Positions 11,421-19,505 of a DNA stretch of 64,000 nucleotides are shown piece after piece. Position numbers and translations under genes: made by a program. The notes under the pieces were generated by a model. The model worked only from the letters and a program-made list of their open reading frames with translations, was not told the origin of the DNA and made no database searches. Each line of letters begins with the position of its first letter. Within the stretch, counting starts at the first letter, position 1. The DNA is taken from NCBI GenBank assembly GCA_026415435.1, contig JAOAHC010000041.1:4290-68289 (forward strand), given 5' to 3'. The stretch comes from Clostridia bacterium (GTDB lineage Bacteria > Bacillota > Clostridia > TANB77 > CAG-465).

Positions 11421-13022
11421 GTGGAGATTAAAGAAAAAGATCTAAAAAGACAAATAAATAAGCATAAAGGAGAAACAAATATATTTGTAACTATATTTAA
11501 AATATTGATATTTGTAGTTTTAATAGGAATACAAATTTTAGTATATTTTACATTATATAAAGCTACAAAAGGCATATCAGAGTATGCAATTACCTTGTTT
11601 TTTGTAATTAAATTATTTGTAATAGCTTATCTGTTATATAGAAATGATAGTTTGGCATACAAGGTTACATGGATATTAATAATAGTATTTTTACCAATAG
11701 CAGGTATACTTCTATATATTTTCCTGGGTAGTAACAAGTTAGGATCTAAAAAATTTAAATCTCTAAGAAAAATAGATGATGAGACTGAATATTTATCTGA
11801 AAAAGATTTATCATGTATAGAAGAAATAAAAGATGATAAATTGAAATACAATCAAATAAACTATATAACAAATGTTACAGGATATCCATTGTACAATAAT
11901 GAAAATGTAGAATATTTTAATCTTGGTGAAAAATTTTTTGATAACTTGAAAAAAGACTTAATTATGGCTAAAAAATATATACTATTAGAATTTTTTATGA
12001 TATCAAAAGGAAAACTATGGGAAGAAATTTTACAGATACTGAAGCAAAAATCATCTGAGGGTATAAAAATCACTGTTATATATGATTCAATAGGAAGTTT
12101 ACTTAATAGACCTAAAAATATAATTCAAGATTTAGTTAATAACAATATAGAAGTTTATGTCTTTAATCCTTTTAATTATTGTATAAATAGTTATATAAAT
12201 CACAGAGATCATAGAAAAATTATAGTCATAGACGGAATAGTTGGTTATACTGGTGGTATAAATATAGCAGATGAATATGTTAATTTAATAAATAAACATG
12301 GCCATTGGAAAGATGGTGGTATAAAGGTAGTAGGAAAATGTGCATGGAGCTATACTTTAATGTTTTTAAGAAATCTTCAAGGGTTATCGAAAAATAATGT
12401 AAATTATCAGTGGTATAAAGATATAAGAGATGAACAATTAAAAGCTAATAAAATGCGTAATACGAGTGAGAGTAAAGGGTATGTTATATCTTTTTCAGAT
12501 GGACCAGAAAACATGAAAAATCCAACAGAAAATGTCTATATCGAATTAATAAATAAAGCTAAAGATTACATATATATAAATACTCCATATTTTATAGTAG
12601 ATGAATCATTGCTTACTGCATTAATAAATAGCGCAAGAAGTGGAGTAGATGTAAGAATAGTTCTTCCACATATACCAGATAAAAAAATAGTACAAAAAGT
12701 AACTAGGTCTTTTTATGAAGTTCTACTTGAAGCAGGCGTTAAGATATATGAATATAGACCGGGTTTTATGCATTTAAAAAGTATAGTTATAGACGATGAA
12801 ATTTCTATGATTTCAACAGCTAATCTAGATTATAGAAGTTTGCATTTAAACTATGAATGTGGTTCTATTGTATATAATACTGGAATAGAGAAAAATATAA
12901 GAGAAGACTTTATGAAAACTTTGCAAGACTGTATAGAAATAGACTTAGATAGTTGGAAAAGAAGGAATTTATGTTCTAGGGCAAGTGATGCAATACTTTC
13001 AGCATTTGCACCGCTGCTTTAA
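11421..13022 (+). CDS. cls: cardiolipin synthase (phospholipase D family)
   Basis: GTG start after aggtga; two N-terminal TM helices; two HKD motifs (HRKIIVIDG...N..D and HLKSIVIDD...N.D). Confidence 0.85.
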   Translation: MEIKEKDLKRQINKHKGETNIFVTIFKILIFVVLIGIQILVYFTLYKATKGISEYAITLFFVIKLFVIAYLLYRNDSLAYKVTWILIIVFLPIAGILLYIFLGSNKLGSKKFKSLRKIDDETEYLSEKDLSCIEEIKDDKLKYNQINYITNVTGYPLYNNENVEYFNLGEKFFDNLKKDLIMAKKYILLEFFMISKGKLWEEILQILKQKSSEGIKITVIYDSIGSLLNRPKNIIQDLVNNNIEVYVFNPFNYCINSYINHRDHRKIIVIDGIVGYTGGINIADEYVNLINKHGHWKDGGIKVVGKCAWSYTLMFLRNLQGLSKNNVNYQWYKDIRDEQLKANKMRNTSESKGYVISFSDGPENMKNPTENVYIELINKAKDYIYINTPYFIVDESLLTALINSARSGVDVRIVLPHIPDKKIVQKVTRSFYEVLLEAGVKIYEYRPGFMHLKSIVIDDEISMISTANLDYRSLHLNYECGSIVYNTGIEKNIREDFMKTLQDCIEIDLDSWKRRNLCSRASDAILSAFAPLL

Positions 13023-13043
13023 ATAGTAAAATGGGGGAAAATT

Positions 13044-14207
13044 ATGTATGGTTTAGTTTTAGAAGGTGGAGGTGCCAGAGGAGCTTATCAAATAGGAGCA
13101 GTAAAGGCTTTATTTGAAAATGGTTATGAAATTGGTGCTATTACAGGAACTTCAATTGGGGCAATTAATGGAGCAATGATCGCTCAAGGTGATTTTGATC
13201 TTGCATATAAATTATGGAAGGACATAAGTTTTTCAAAAATAATGGATGTGGATCAAGAAAAATTAAGTAGAGTTTTAAAAAAAAGTATTGACTTTGGAAT
13301 GTTAAAATATTTATCTACACTGGTAAGAGAAACTATATCTAATGGTGGAATTAACACATCTAAAATGCGAGAACTATTTAAACAATATATTGATGAGGAT
13401 AAAATAAGAAATTCTAATATAGAATTTGGACTGGTAACGGTGTGCATTACTGATAGAAAACCTCTTGAACTATTCATAGAAAATATTACTAAGGGAAGTT
13501 TAATTGATTATTTAATGGCATCTGCTAGATTACCTATTTTTAAATCTGAAGCAATTGAGAATAAACACTATTTAGATGGAGGGTTTTATAATAATTGTCC
13601 AATAAATATGCTTCATAAAAAGTGCTACAATGATATAATTATTGTTCGTACAAGTAGCAAAGGGCGTATAAGAGACTTAAAGAAGATTAAAAAAAGTGGT
13701 GCTAATATTATCTTAATAAGTCCTGTAAGTGAATTACAAGGTATAATGAATTTTGATAATAAAACATTAAATGAAATGATTAAACTTGGATATTATGATG
13801 CTTTGAAAGTGATTAAAGGACTAGAAGGAATAAACAGTTATATTGAGCCTGTTGATGAAAAATCAATATTTAAAGCTTTATGCAACTATAACTTTCATGA
13901 CATTGTTGAAATATCTAATGAATTGAATATTAATCTTGAAATGGATGAAATGAAACTTCTTATAGAAAAAATAATACCTAGTATAACTTCTAAATTAGGA
14001 TATAAAAATGTTGCTACATACAAGCAAAGTTTATATATAATTTTAGAATACATATCAAAAAAAGAAGAAATAGATTTACTAAAGGTATATAAATTAAAGG
14101 AATTAATACTTGAAATCCAAAATAAAATTAAAACACCTCATAAAAAAGGTTTTGATAAAGCAATATATAAATTTGTAAAACATTTTAATACTAATAATTT
14201 AGATTAG
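13044..14207 (+). CDS. patatin-like phospholipase
   Basis: GGGARG oxyanion motif and GTSIG (GxSxG) nucleophile elbow near the N-terminus. Confidence 0.8.
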   Translation: MYGLVLEGGGARGAYQIGAVKALFENGYEIGAITGTSIGAINGAMIAQGDFDLAYKLWKDISFSKIMDVDQEKLSRVLKKSIDFGMLKYLSTLVRETISNGGINTSKMRELFKQYIDEDKIRNSNIEFGLVTVCITDRKPLELFIENITKGSLIDYLMASARLPIFKSEAIENKHYLDGGFYNNCPINMLHKKCYNDIIIVRTSSKGRIRDLKKIKKSGANIILISPVSELQGIMNFDNKTLNEMIKLGYYDALKVIKGLEGINSYIEPVDEKSIFKALCNYNFHDIVEISNELNINLEMDEMKLLIEKIIPSITSKLGYKNVATYKQSLYIILEYISKKEEIDLLKVYKLKELILEIQNKIKTPHKKGFDKAIYKFVKHFNTNNLD

Positions 14208-14274
14208 TGCATACAATCATAATATATTTAATTTATAATATATTTATATTGATTAATATATTGTGAGGGTGATT

Positions 14275-15060
14275 ATGTTGAAAAAATTTTGTGTTTTGGG
14301 TACTGATAAAAGAAGTGTTAAGCTAAGAGAAATGTATATAAGTGAAAAGGTGCAAATAACAAGTTATGATAAAGCAGAAGTAGTAATAGCACCTGTACCA
14401 TTTTCAAGGGATGAAATAAATATAACTGGTGAAATACTAACATGTGATGAATTAATTAATGTTATGTCAAATACAAAGAATATTCTATTTTCAGGAGCTA
14501 TATCAGATAGTATAAAAGAAAAATTAAATCAAAATAGAATTGAATTTTATGATTTATTTGATATAGAAGAAGTAGCTATAATGAATGCTATTCCAACAGC
14601 TGAAGGTGCTATATGTCTTGCTATGGAAAATACTGAGTATACTTTGCATAATTCAAATGTATTAATAACTGGATATGGCAGAATAGGAAAAATACTTGCT
14701 AAAATGCTAGTTGGTATAGGTGCAAATGTATATTGTGAAGCTAGAAATGAAAAAGATTTGGCAATGATTGAGGCAATGGGATATAATAGTGTGAGATTGA
14801 ATGACATGGATAGTTTTTTAGGGGAGATAGACATAGTATATAATACAATTCCAACCTTAATTTTTGATGAAACCAGATTAAAGCTATTAAAAAAAGATGT
14901 TCTTATTATTGATCTTGCTTCAAATCCTGGTGGAGTTGATTTTACAAAAGCAAAAGAACTTGAAAAAAATGTTATTTGGGCATTATCACTTCCCGGAAAA
15001 GTTGCACCAGTATCTGCAGCTAAATATTTAAAAAATGCTATAGATAAGTTATTAAAATAA
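14275..15060 (+). CDS. DpaA-like protein (dipicolinate synthase subunit A family / NAD(P)-binding), with no dpaB partner downstream
   Basis: ATG at 14275 after gagggtg; central Rossmann motif ITGYGRIGKILAKML; overall layout like SpoVFA; no flavoprotein B subunit follows. Confidence 0.45.
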   Translation: MLKKFCVLGTDKRSVKLREMYISEKVQITSYDKAEVVIAPVPFSRDEINITGEILTCDELINVMSNTKNILFSGAISDSIKEKLNQNRIEFYDLFDIEEVAIMNAIPTAEGAICLAMENTEYTLHNSNVLITGYGRIGKILAKMLVGIGANVYCEARNEKDLAMIEAMGYNSVRLNDMDSFLGEIDIVYNTIPTLIFDETRLKLLKKDVLIIDLASNPGGVDFTKAKELEKNVIWALSLPGKVAPVSAAKYLKNAIDKLLK

Positions 15061-15069
15061 TAGTCATAC

Positions 15070-15098
15070 TTGAATAATTACTAAAAATGTGGTATAAT
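15070..15098 (+). promoter_or_regulatory. sigma-A-type promoter TTGAAT-N17-TGgTATAAT for the first small paralog
   Basis: extended -10 at 15090-15098. Confidence 0.5.
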
Positions 15099-15152
15099 AT
15101 TGCGATAATCTTTAAAATATCACTAAATAGATTTAGGAGGTATGTAGGAGTA

Positions 15153-15509
15153 ATGACTGATTTGTCAGAATACACTTTTGAGGGGCTTATAAAAGAAATA
15201 AAACGAAATGAATTTTTAGATTTAATCACTAATGTTCGGTTTTCTGTAATTGAAATTGAAGGAGATGTACTGAAACTAAATTTAAAAGATTGTAAATCTA
15301 TAGTAGTTGCATCGGAATTTATAATGAGTTTGTATAGGGAAATTCCAAAAGTCGAGGTTTATATAAAAGGCAATTTAAATCCGGTTGAAATAAACAAAAT
15401 ATACTTTACTTTTAATAATGTTGAAGTTGAGACTGAAAAAGGAGTGACATACCAAGATATGCTGGAGAGATTTAAACTTGACAATATTAACAAAAAAATA
15501 ACCATATAA
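15153..15509 (+). CDS. small acidic protein, paralog 1 of an unknown family (118 aa)
   Basis: ATG at 15153 after aggagg/taggag; shares a core (I/V)RF(S/K)VI..E.G.L......KS(I/F)..VA.EFI..(F/L)(Y/F)(R/K) with the next two ORFs. The listed 15087 start lies inside the promoter. Confidence 0.6.
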   Translation: MTDLSEYTFEGLIKEIKRNEFLDLITNVRFSVIEIEGDVLKLNLKDCKSIVVASEFIMSLYREIPKVEVYIKGNLNPVEINKIYFTFNNVEVETEKGVTYQDMLERFKLDNINKKITI

Positions 15510-15540
15510 ACTATAATATAAATTCAAGGAGGGTTTAACT

Positions 15541-15894
15541 ATGGCAGAAGAATTAAAAATTAAATTCAGTGAAGAAAAGTTTAAGAAATTAGTGGAGACT
15601 GATGAATTCATGGATCTGAAAACTGGAGTGCGGTTTAAAGTAATTGGGTTTGAAAATGGTGCACTTGTGGTTAACTGCAATACCTCAAAATCGATTGAAA
15701 ATGTGGCTGAGTTTATTATAAGTTTTTATAGGGATCAAGGCTGTAGTATAGAAATATGTGAAAATGATAAATGTATAGAACTTAGTAATATACTATTAGT
15801 ATTTTGTGATACTAAAATTGAAGTTAATGAAAAATCTCTTATTAAAGAAGTAATTGATGCATATTACCATATGAAGAGAGACGATAAACTTTAA
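15541..15894 (+). CDS. small acidic protein, paralog 2 (117 aa)
   Basis: RBS aaggaggg; conserved core VRFKVIGFENGALVVNCNTSKSIENVAEFIISFYR. Confidence 0.6.
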   Translation: MAEELKIKFSEEKFKKLVETDEFMDLKTGVRFKVIGFENGALVVNCNTSKSIENVAEFIISFYRDQGCSIEICENDKCIELSNILLVFCDTKIEVNEKSLIKEVIDAYYHMKRDDKL

Positions 15895-15904
15895 ATTATA
15901 AAAA

Positions 15905-15943
15905 AAGATTGAATTTATAAATGTAATTTCAATCTTTTTTTTA
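15905..15943 (+). terminator. rho-independent terminator (agattgaa...ttcaatct followed by T8)
   Basis: 8-11 bp stem followed by tttttttt. Confidence 0.65.
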
Positions 15944-15954
15944 TGTTTACTAGG

Positions 15955-15983
15955 TTGAAATTTTATGTAAAACATGATATAAT
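15955..15983 (+). promoter_or_regulatory. sigma-A-type promoter TTGAAA-N17-TGaTATAAT for paralog 3
   Basis: consensus -35 and an extended -10. Confidence 0.55.
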
Positions 15984-16030
15984 ATATATAAATAATGTGT
16001 GGACTATCCTAAACTTAAGGGGGTTAAAAT

Positions 16031-16405
16031 ATGTTGGGCAGAGATTTTCTTGTTTTTGATGGAAATTTATCCGATTGTGGACCATATGAGTATGAATATG
16101 AATGTGATTCAACAAAAATACGGTTTAAAGTAATTTCTTATGAGGTGGGTATACTTAAAATCGAAATAAAATCTAATACATCATTTATAGTAGTAGCTGA
16201 TTTTTTATCTAAATTCTTTAAACAGGAAGAAAAGCTACAAGTATGGGAAATTAGGGGGCAATATAGTAAAGCTAATATTAAAAAAATTTGTTATATATTT
16301 GGAGAAATAGAAGAAACGTTTGATTTTGATTCATCGGTTAGCACTATTATAACTAATTACTATTTAAAGGTTGCTGAAAAAAAGCAAGAAAAATATAAGA
16401 TATAA
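16031..16405 (+). CDS. small acidic protein, paralog 3 (124 aa)
   Basis: RBS aagggggt; conserved core IRFKVISYEVGILKIEIKSNTSFIVVADFLSKFFK. Confidence 0.6.
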   Translation: MLGRDFLVFDGNLSDCGPYEYEYECDSTKIRFKVISYEVGILKIEIKSNTSFIVVADFLSKFFKQEEKLQVWEIRGQYSKANIKKICYIFGEIEETFDFDSSVSTIITNYYLKVAEKKQEKYKI

Positions 16406-16430
16406 GCACTCAATTGAGTGCTTTATTTTT
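16405..16430 (+). terminator. rho-independent terminator (GCACTCAATTGAGTGC palindrome followed by a T-run)
   Basis: perfect 8-bp stem with no spacer, followed by tttattttt. Confidence 0.65.
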
Positions 16431-16498
16431 ATGTTTATATTGTAAAATTTAAATTTATGTTGTATCATATATATGTATTAATTAGATTAAATGATAGG

Positions 16499-17347
16499 AT
16501 GATGAATTTGGGACAAATAATTGATGTAAAAGGTATAGTTGAAAAAAGAAAAGAAGCATTAAAATTAAAAATAGATAAACTAAATGATAGAAATATAGTG
16601 CCAAAGCTTGCTGTTATTTTGGCAAGTTTTGATGAGGCTTCAAAAATATATGTTGGCAAAAAGAAAAGATTGTGTGAAGAATTTAAAATACTACAAGAAG
16701 AATATATTTATGATGAAAATGTTACTGAAGATGAGTTATTAAATTTAATAGATAAACTTAATAATGATGATACAGTTGATGGAATTTTAATACAACTTCC
16801 TTTATTTAAACATTTGGATGAAAAAAAGATATTAAATTATATAAAACCAACAAAGGATGTTGATGGATTTCATCCAGTAAATTTGGGAAACTTAGTTGCT
16901 GGTTCAAAAGGAATAGTGTCATGTACTCCAAAAGGAATAATTACAATTTTAGAAGACATAGGTGAAGATATAAAAGGTAAAAATGCTGTTGTAATAGGTA
17001 GGAGCGTTATAGTTGGAAAGTCTATTGCACATCTACTTTTAAATAAAGATGCAACCGTAACAATATGCCATTCAAAGACTAAAAATCTAGAGTATTATAC
17101 TAAAAATGCTGATATTTTAGTAGTTGCAGTTGGTATTCCTAAATTTATAAAATCAGATATAATAAAAGAGGGTTCTGTAGTAATAGATGTTGGAATAAAT
17201 AGGGTAGATGGCAAAGTTGTAGGTGATGTAGATACGGAGGATGTCTTAGAAAAAGTTAAATATGTAACGTCAGTTCCTGGAGGAGTTGGAATTACAACTG
17301 TATTATCTCTTATTGAGAATGTGGCAGATGTTGCTAGTTTAAGATAA
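16499..17347 (+). CDS. folD: bifunctional methylenetetrahydrofolate dehydrogenase / methenyl-THF cyclohydrolase
   Basis: True start MMNLGQ after gatagg; motifs GRS.IVGKS, HSKT and PGGVGP-like (VPGGVGITT); the listed 16418 start adds a spurious hydrophobic leader. Confidence 0.9.
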   Translation: MMNLGQIIDVKGIVEKRKEALKLKIDKLNDRNIVPKLAVILASFDEASKIYVGKKKRLCEEFKILQEEYIYDENVTEDELLNLIDKLNNDDTVDGILIQLPLFKHLDEKKILNYIKPTKDVDGFHPVNLGNLVAGSKGIVSCTPKGIITILEDIGEDIKGKNAVVIGRSVIVGKSIAHLLLNKDATVTICHSKTKNLEYYTKNADILVVAVGIPKFIKSDIIKEGSVVIDVGINRVDGKVVGDVDTEDVLEKVKYVTSVPGGVGITTVLSLIENVADVASLR

Positions 17348-17361
17348 ATTTTGTGTTTTGA

Positions 17362-17406
17362 ATAAAGAATTAGAATACTAAAAACTAATTCTTTATTATT
17401 TTTTAT
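17362..17406 (+). terminator. rho-independent terminator (aaagaattag / ctaattcttt followed by a T-run)
   Basis: perfect 10-bp stem with an 11-nt loop, followed by attatttttt. Confidence 0.7.
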
Positions 17407-17441
17407 ACCTATATTATTTATTATATTTTTAGACAAATTTA

Positions 17442-17470
17442 TTGATAAAAGTACATGATTAGAGTATAAT
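17442..17470 (+). promoter_or_regulatory. sigma-A-type promoter TTGATA-N17-TATAAT
   Basis: followed by RBS agagggtg and ATG at 17492. Confidence 0.5.
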
Positions 17471-17491
17471 TATTTTTAAAGAGGGTGTGTT

Positions 17492-18514
17492 ATGGAAAAA
17501 CTAGTAATATATAATAAACATAAAATATTTTTATATACAGAAGCAATATTATATTTTGTATTAATTGTCTTTATAATTTTTTTACACATATATGGTAACA
17601 TATACATAAGACTAGTTCCTCTATTATTTTTTTTGGGATTACTTGGTAATATGCTATTTGACAGGCCTATACTTACTAGTACATATGGATCGATAATTAC
17701 ATATACATTACTTTATATGCATGGTTCTACTAATGTTTTAGAAAATCTATATAGTTGTGTTTTTGTTTTTATTTCAATATGGTCTGGTGAGATCTTAGGA
17801 GAGTTTTTACATAAATTACATGATCATTATAACAAAGTGGAAGTTATTTCATTTAATAAAAAAATATATCTTTATGTGATGACTGCTGTTTTTATAGTTG
17901 GACCTGTATTATTTAATACATATATTAATGGAGATATTTTTAAGTATAACGAAGCAAAACTAAAATTTAATAATTATATATCACAAAATTATAATAATAT
18001 AGTAATTGTTAATTCAAGATACAACTCACTTAAACCTTCCGGATATATATTTGAAGTTAAAAATATTGATCCACAAAATACTTCGAAAATATATAATATT
18101 TCAGTATATACAAATAATAATATTTATGATGAGTATAAAGATACTATAATAGAAAAAAATAATATTAGTTATAAACAAAGTCTTACTAGTTTTATAAAAG
18201 ATAAAAATATAGATAACGAATATACCGATTTTGAATTTGACTTAGTATTTGAAAATGATTCTAGTATTTTGAAAATACAAAAAACAGTAAAAGATATTGA
18301 TGATTTGCAGCTTGATAATTTTTCAAGCGAACTAGTAAATATATTAGAAAAATTTAAAGAATTTAATTTGTATAATAGAATATCAAAACTATCAATTAGC
18401 ATTAAATCATATAACAATAGTATTCAAGAGGCAATAATATATAAACAAAATTTTGATAATAAGTCTGATTATTTTAAAGATAGCTTAAAAACAGAATATA
18501 TAGAAGAAAATTAA
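17492..18514 (+). CDS. hypothetical membrane protein (4-5 N-terminal TM helices plus an Asn/Lys/Tyr-rich soluble domain)
   Basis: good promoter and RBS; AT-biased third positions; no recognisable family. Confidence 0.55.
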   Translation: MEKLVIYNKHKIFLYTEAILYFVLIVFIIFLHIYGNIYIRLVPLLFFLGLLGNMLFDRPILTSTYGSIITYTLLYMHGSTNVLENLYSCVFVFISIWSGEILGEFLHKLHDHYNKVEVISFNKKIYLYVMTAVFIVGPVLFNTYINGDIFKYNEAKLKFNNYISQNYNNIVIVNSRYNSLKPSGYIFEVKNIDPQNTSKIYNISVYTNNNIYDEYKDTIIEKNNISYKQSLTSFIKDKNIDNEYTDFEFDLVFENDSSILKIQKTVKDIDDLQLDNFSSELVNILEKFKEFNLYNRISKLSISIKSYNNSIQEAIIYKQNFDNKSDYFKDSLKTEYIEEN

Positions 18515-18535
18515 TAGTGTACAAAGGAGGAAAAT

Positions 18536-19432
18536 GTGAGAAAGAGACATCACAAAAGAAGATTATCACTCATAACTGATGTATTAATATTTATAGTTTT
18601 GTTAGTTATAGCTTCTCCATTTTTAAAACTGCTTAATTCAAATTCAATCGAAAAGCAAATAAATTATGAAAGCGTATTGGCACTTAATAATAGTGAAATT
18701 CTTGAAAAAAGTATTAAAGAACAAAATAAGCTTTTTATACAAAAAATAAAAGAATATTATGGTATTAGTATTAAATATGGAGATGAAACTAAAGGTTTGG
18801 CTACAAATGTAAATGCAGTTGGACAATATGATGATAATATTGTAAACAACAATATTATATTGATACAAAATGCACTTGAAAAATATCCTAAAACTTTATT
18901 TGATACATTTAAAAATGGATCAGTTAAGTGTAGTGTCTCAATAATATTGCTAGATAAATTTAATAACAACAATTTAGCACTTGCATCTAAAAACGGTGTA
19001 AATGATTTTAAAATATATTTAAGTAATACGCAAAAGTTTGAAAGAGCTTTTCATCATGAAGTGTTTCATATTATGGAATATTATATGCAAGCTGCAACTA
19101 ATGTACAAATCATATATCCTAATTGGAATAATCTAAACCCATTTGATTTTTCATATACAACTGATTTATCCAAGATAGATAATAAATATGTATATGCCTC
19201 AAGGACTGATTTATCCAAGATATATTTTGTAAGTAAATATTCTAAAACTTCAGCTAAAGAAGATAGAGCAGAAATCTTTGCTGAACTAATGATTATGAAT
19301 AAAAAATCAGAATATTTAAAAGATGGTCAAAATATAAGAAAAAAAGCTGAATATATTTCACAGATAATAGATAAAAATTTAAAAAACTTAAGAGTTGTTG
19401 AGACTAAATATTGGAATAACTATATAAAGTAA
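18536..19432 (+). CDS. membrane-anchored putative zincin-like metallopeptidase (HExxH)
   Basis: Positively charged N-terminus followed by one TM helix (LITDVLIFIVLLVIASPF). HHEVFHIMEY matches a HExxH zinc site, with a candidate third ligand in EDRAEIFAELM about 70 aa downstream. Translationally coupled to 17492..18514 across a 21-nt gap. Confidence 0.5.
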   Translation: MRKRHHKRRLSLITDVLIFIVLLVIASPFLKLLNSNSIEKQINYESVLALNNSEILEKSIKEQNKLFIQKIKEYYGISIKYGDETKGLATNVNAVGQYDDNIVNNNIILIQNALEKYPKTLFDTFKNGSVKCSVSIILLDKFNNNNLALASKNGVNDFKIYLSNTQKFERAFHHEVFHIMEYYMQAATNVQIIYPNWNNLNPFDFSYTTDLSKIDNKYVYASRTDLSKIYFVSKYSKTSAKEDRAEIFAELMIMNKKSEYLKDGQNIRKKAEYISQIIDKNLKNLRVVETKYWNNYIK

Positions 19433-19461
19433 TTGAAAATATGCGCCAAGTGTGATATAAT
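19433..19461 (+). promoter_or_regulatory. promoter TTGAAA-N17-TGTGATATAAT overlapped by the GC-rich inverted repeat GCGCCA...TGGCGC
   Basis: consensus -35 and extended -10; inverted repeat 19443-19448 / 19471-19476. Confidence 0.45.
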
Positions 19462-19505
19462 CACCACAAATGGCGCTTATTTGCATTTTTTGGGGATGAA
19501 TTTTA

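Noticed and set aside
14208-14274. Sigma-K-type promoter (CATAATATA) upstream of the dpaA-like gene
   Set aside because: A -10-like CATA...TA is present but no convincing -35 AC element at the right spacing; too weak to call.
15061-16430. dpaB (dipicolinate synthase B, flavoprotein) downstream of the dpaA-like gene
   Set aside because: None of the three downstream ORFs has a flavodoxin-like or HFCD-like motif, so dpaB is absent from this window.
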